From assembly GCF_032191835.1 (NCBI RefSeq), contig NC_083226.1, positions 73,160,001 to 73,224,000 on the forward strand: DNA of 64,000 nucleotides. Reading direction: 5' to 3'. The notes under the pieces were generated by a model that saw only the letters and a program-made list of their open reading frames with translations, searched no databases and was not told where the DNA came from. Positions 62,547 to 64,000 of this stretch are shown here, one piece after another; the first letter of the stretch is position 1; the number at the start of each line of letters is the position of its first letter. The position numbers and the translations under genes were made by a program. Source of the DNA: Heteronotia binoei. Taxonomy: Eukaryota.

Positions 62547-63370
62547 TGTGGCGAAACCGGCCCGATTCTGCCTTCAGACCCGGTCCCGTCAGCTTCCCTA
62601 TGGAGTCGCCAACTCCTGGAGGGAGCTATTCCTCCTCCTGCCCCTTGGGCTCGCTGCCACCACCTGCTCAGTCTTGGGGTTCAGATTGAGAGGAACAGGA
62701 CTCCCAATCCCCCTCTCCAGCTGTGAGGCTAGGCCTCAAGGTCCTCTGCCACCCTGCACTTGGGTTTCACAGAGACCTCAGCGCTTCTTTGGGGCACCCC
62801 TGGAGGATTGGCACCTTATCCACCTGCATGCCTTCCCCCTTCCCCGGGGCCCCCTTTATAAAAACAGCGCGGTCTAAAGCAGTCTGGGGATCTAGGTGGT
62901 ACAGAGATTAACTGCCAGCATTTAAAACAGAAAAAAACATTTATTTAAAAGGGAAAAGGATAGGGGAAGAAAAACAAAACAAAAACAGTTGCATCTACCA
63001 AATTAGCACAGCACAGCCCAGCACAGCAAAGCACAGCAAACAGCATAACAAAATAAAGGTGGTTTTTAAACGCATCGTATTGTCCCTGGTCTATACTTGA
63101 TCTGCCTAAGAGAATGACTTACTTTGTCTTACTGCCTGGAGGCCTCATTTTCCTGAGCAGGCCTCCCCCACAGGCCGGAGCCCACAGGCCAGCAGCCTCC
63201 CTTCCCGAGCGCCTGCTGCAAACTGAGAAACTCTTCCTGTCTAGCACATGGCCAGAACAACAGCCCTTCCTGCCTCTCTAGGAGACTTTCCCCCTAGCAT
63301 TGTTGGTTTGGCTCTGGAAGGGAGGGGGGGAGTGAGGGGAAGGCTACAAAGCCTGCTGAATGGATTTACT
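62547..63370. mobile_element. LTR-like/leader region preceding the Gypsy remnant
   Basis: Abrupt TGTGGCG start after AT-rich intron; boundaries and orientation uncertain. Confidence 0.4.
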
Positions 63371-63387
63371 GATCCCTGCCTTTTTGG

Positions 63388-64000
63388 ATGAAGCACCAAC
63401 ACTCTCAGATGGCGTGGGGGATTGCAGAGGAGGACTATATGTCTTACCTCTGTAGCAACCTGACTGGAGAGCTTTCAGCCATCTATTACAGCATGCCTAT
63501 GGAAGATGGGGGGATAACTTTTGCGGCCTATAAAGCCACTGTATTTAAAAGGTTTAAACTGGGGCCAGACCACTCCCGAAAGCAGTTCAGGGGTTTGGCT
63601 CCACAAGAAGGTAAATCCTATTCTGAATGTGGGGTAATGAAGGAACAAACAGTTCCAGTGTTATTGGGCCGGGATTTGTGGGTTGGCCAGTACTCTATCA
63701 ATGCTGTAACCTGCAGCCAAACCCCCAGGGAAAAGTGGGAGGAGGAAGGCAACTTTAAGGAAGCCACCTCACCACCAACCAGGGAGGGGGAAATAGCCCA
63801 GGTTACTGAGGACGAAGAGAGGGCAGTCACCCAGGAGGGGGAGGACCAGCCTGTCTCAAGTCCTGGAGTAGGGTGTTCCCAAGGGGAAGAGGGGTGTAGC
63901 TTTCCCCAAGTGCAGCAAGGGGCTGTGGATGTTCCTAGCGAGGAAGGGAACCTGTCTAGCGTAAAGGATGTGCATCCTGAAGAGACCGAGGTGGAGGGTG
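63388..64000 (+). pseudogene. Gypsy-type gag N-terminus fused in frame to the protease C-terminus/linker; open to the window edge
   Basis: Hand translation: WGIAEEDYMSYLCSNLTGELSAIY..YKATVFKRFKLGPDHSRKQFR (gag-like), then VPVLLGRD..AVTCSQ (protease end). 204 codons without a stop. Confidence 0.65.

Noticed and set aside
43915-64000. TLE1 17-nt exon 8 (DREPGT) and exon 7
   Set aside because: No matching codon pattern with splice sites found by eye; presumed to lie beyond 64000. A missed microexon would change the phase assumed for the candidate cryptic exons.

Overview
Vertebrate (squamate, most likely gecko, judged from the SINE/CR1/L2 families) genomic DNA inside the Groucho-family co-repressor gene TLE1, which is transcribed from the minus strand. 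Eight coding exons (human-equivalent exons 9-16, 1235 nt, all GT-AG, phases consistent) were resolved by hand; exons 1-8 and 17-20 were not found and presumably lie outside the window. The rest is intron, heavily invaded by transposons. The main structure is the 21.9-kb intron between exons 13 and 14. About 20.6 kb of it is one nested stack: an RT-less DIRS retrotransposon contains a second DIRS (gag, RT/RNaseH, Dam-like methyltransferase, tyrosine recombinase, inverted termini plus ICR). That second DIRS holds a 1.9-kb hAT-type element, a near full-length CR1 LINE capped by an inverted copy of its own 3' end, and a 5.1-kb hAT element with a perfect 8-bp TSD. The 5.1-kb element carries genomic-looking cargo, a 907-bp palindrome and an ETS-CRE motif array. 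Elsewhere are a third DIRS, an L2, many hAT MITEs with 8-bp TSDs, SINEs, solo-LTR-like units, a Penelope fragment with a minimal hammerhead motif, a second long inverted repeat and a Gypsy remnant. All TE ORFs are disrupted. Family names come from recalled motifs, not database searches, and identities were counted by eye.
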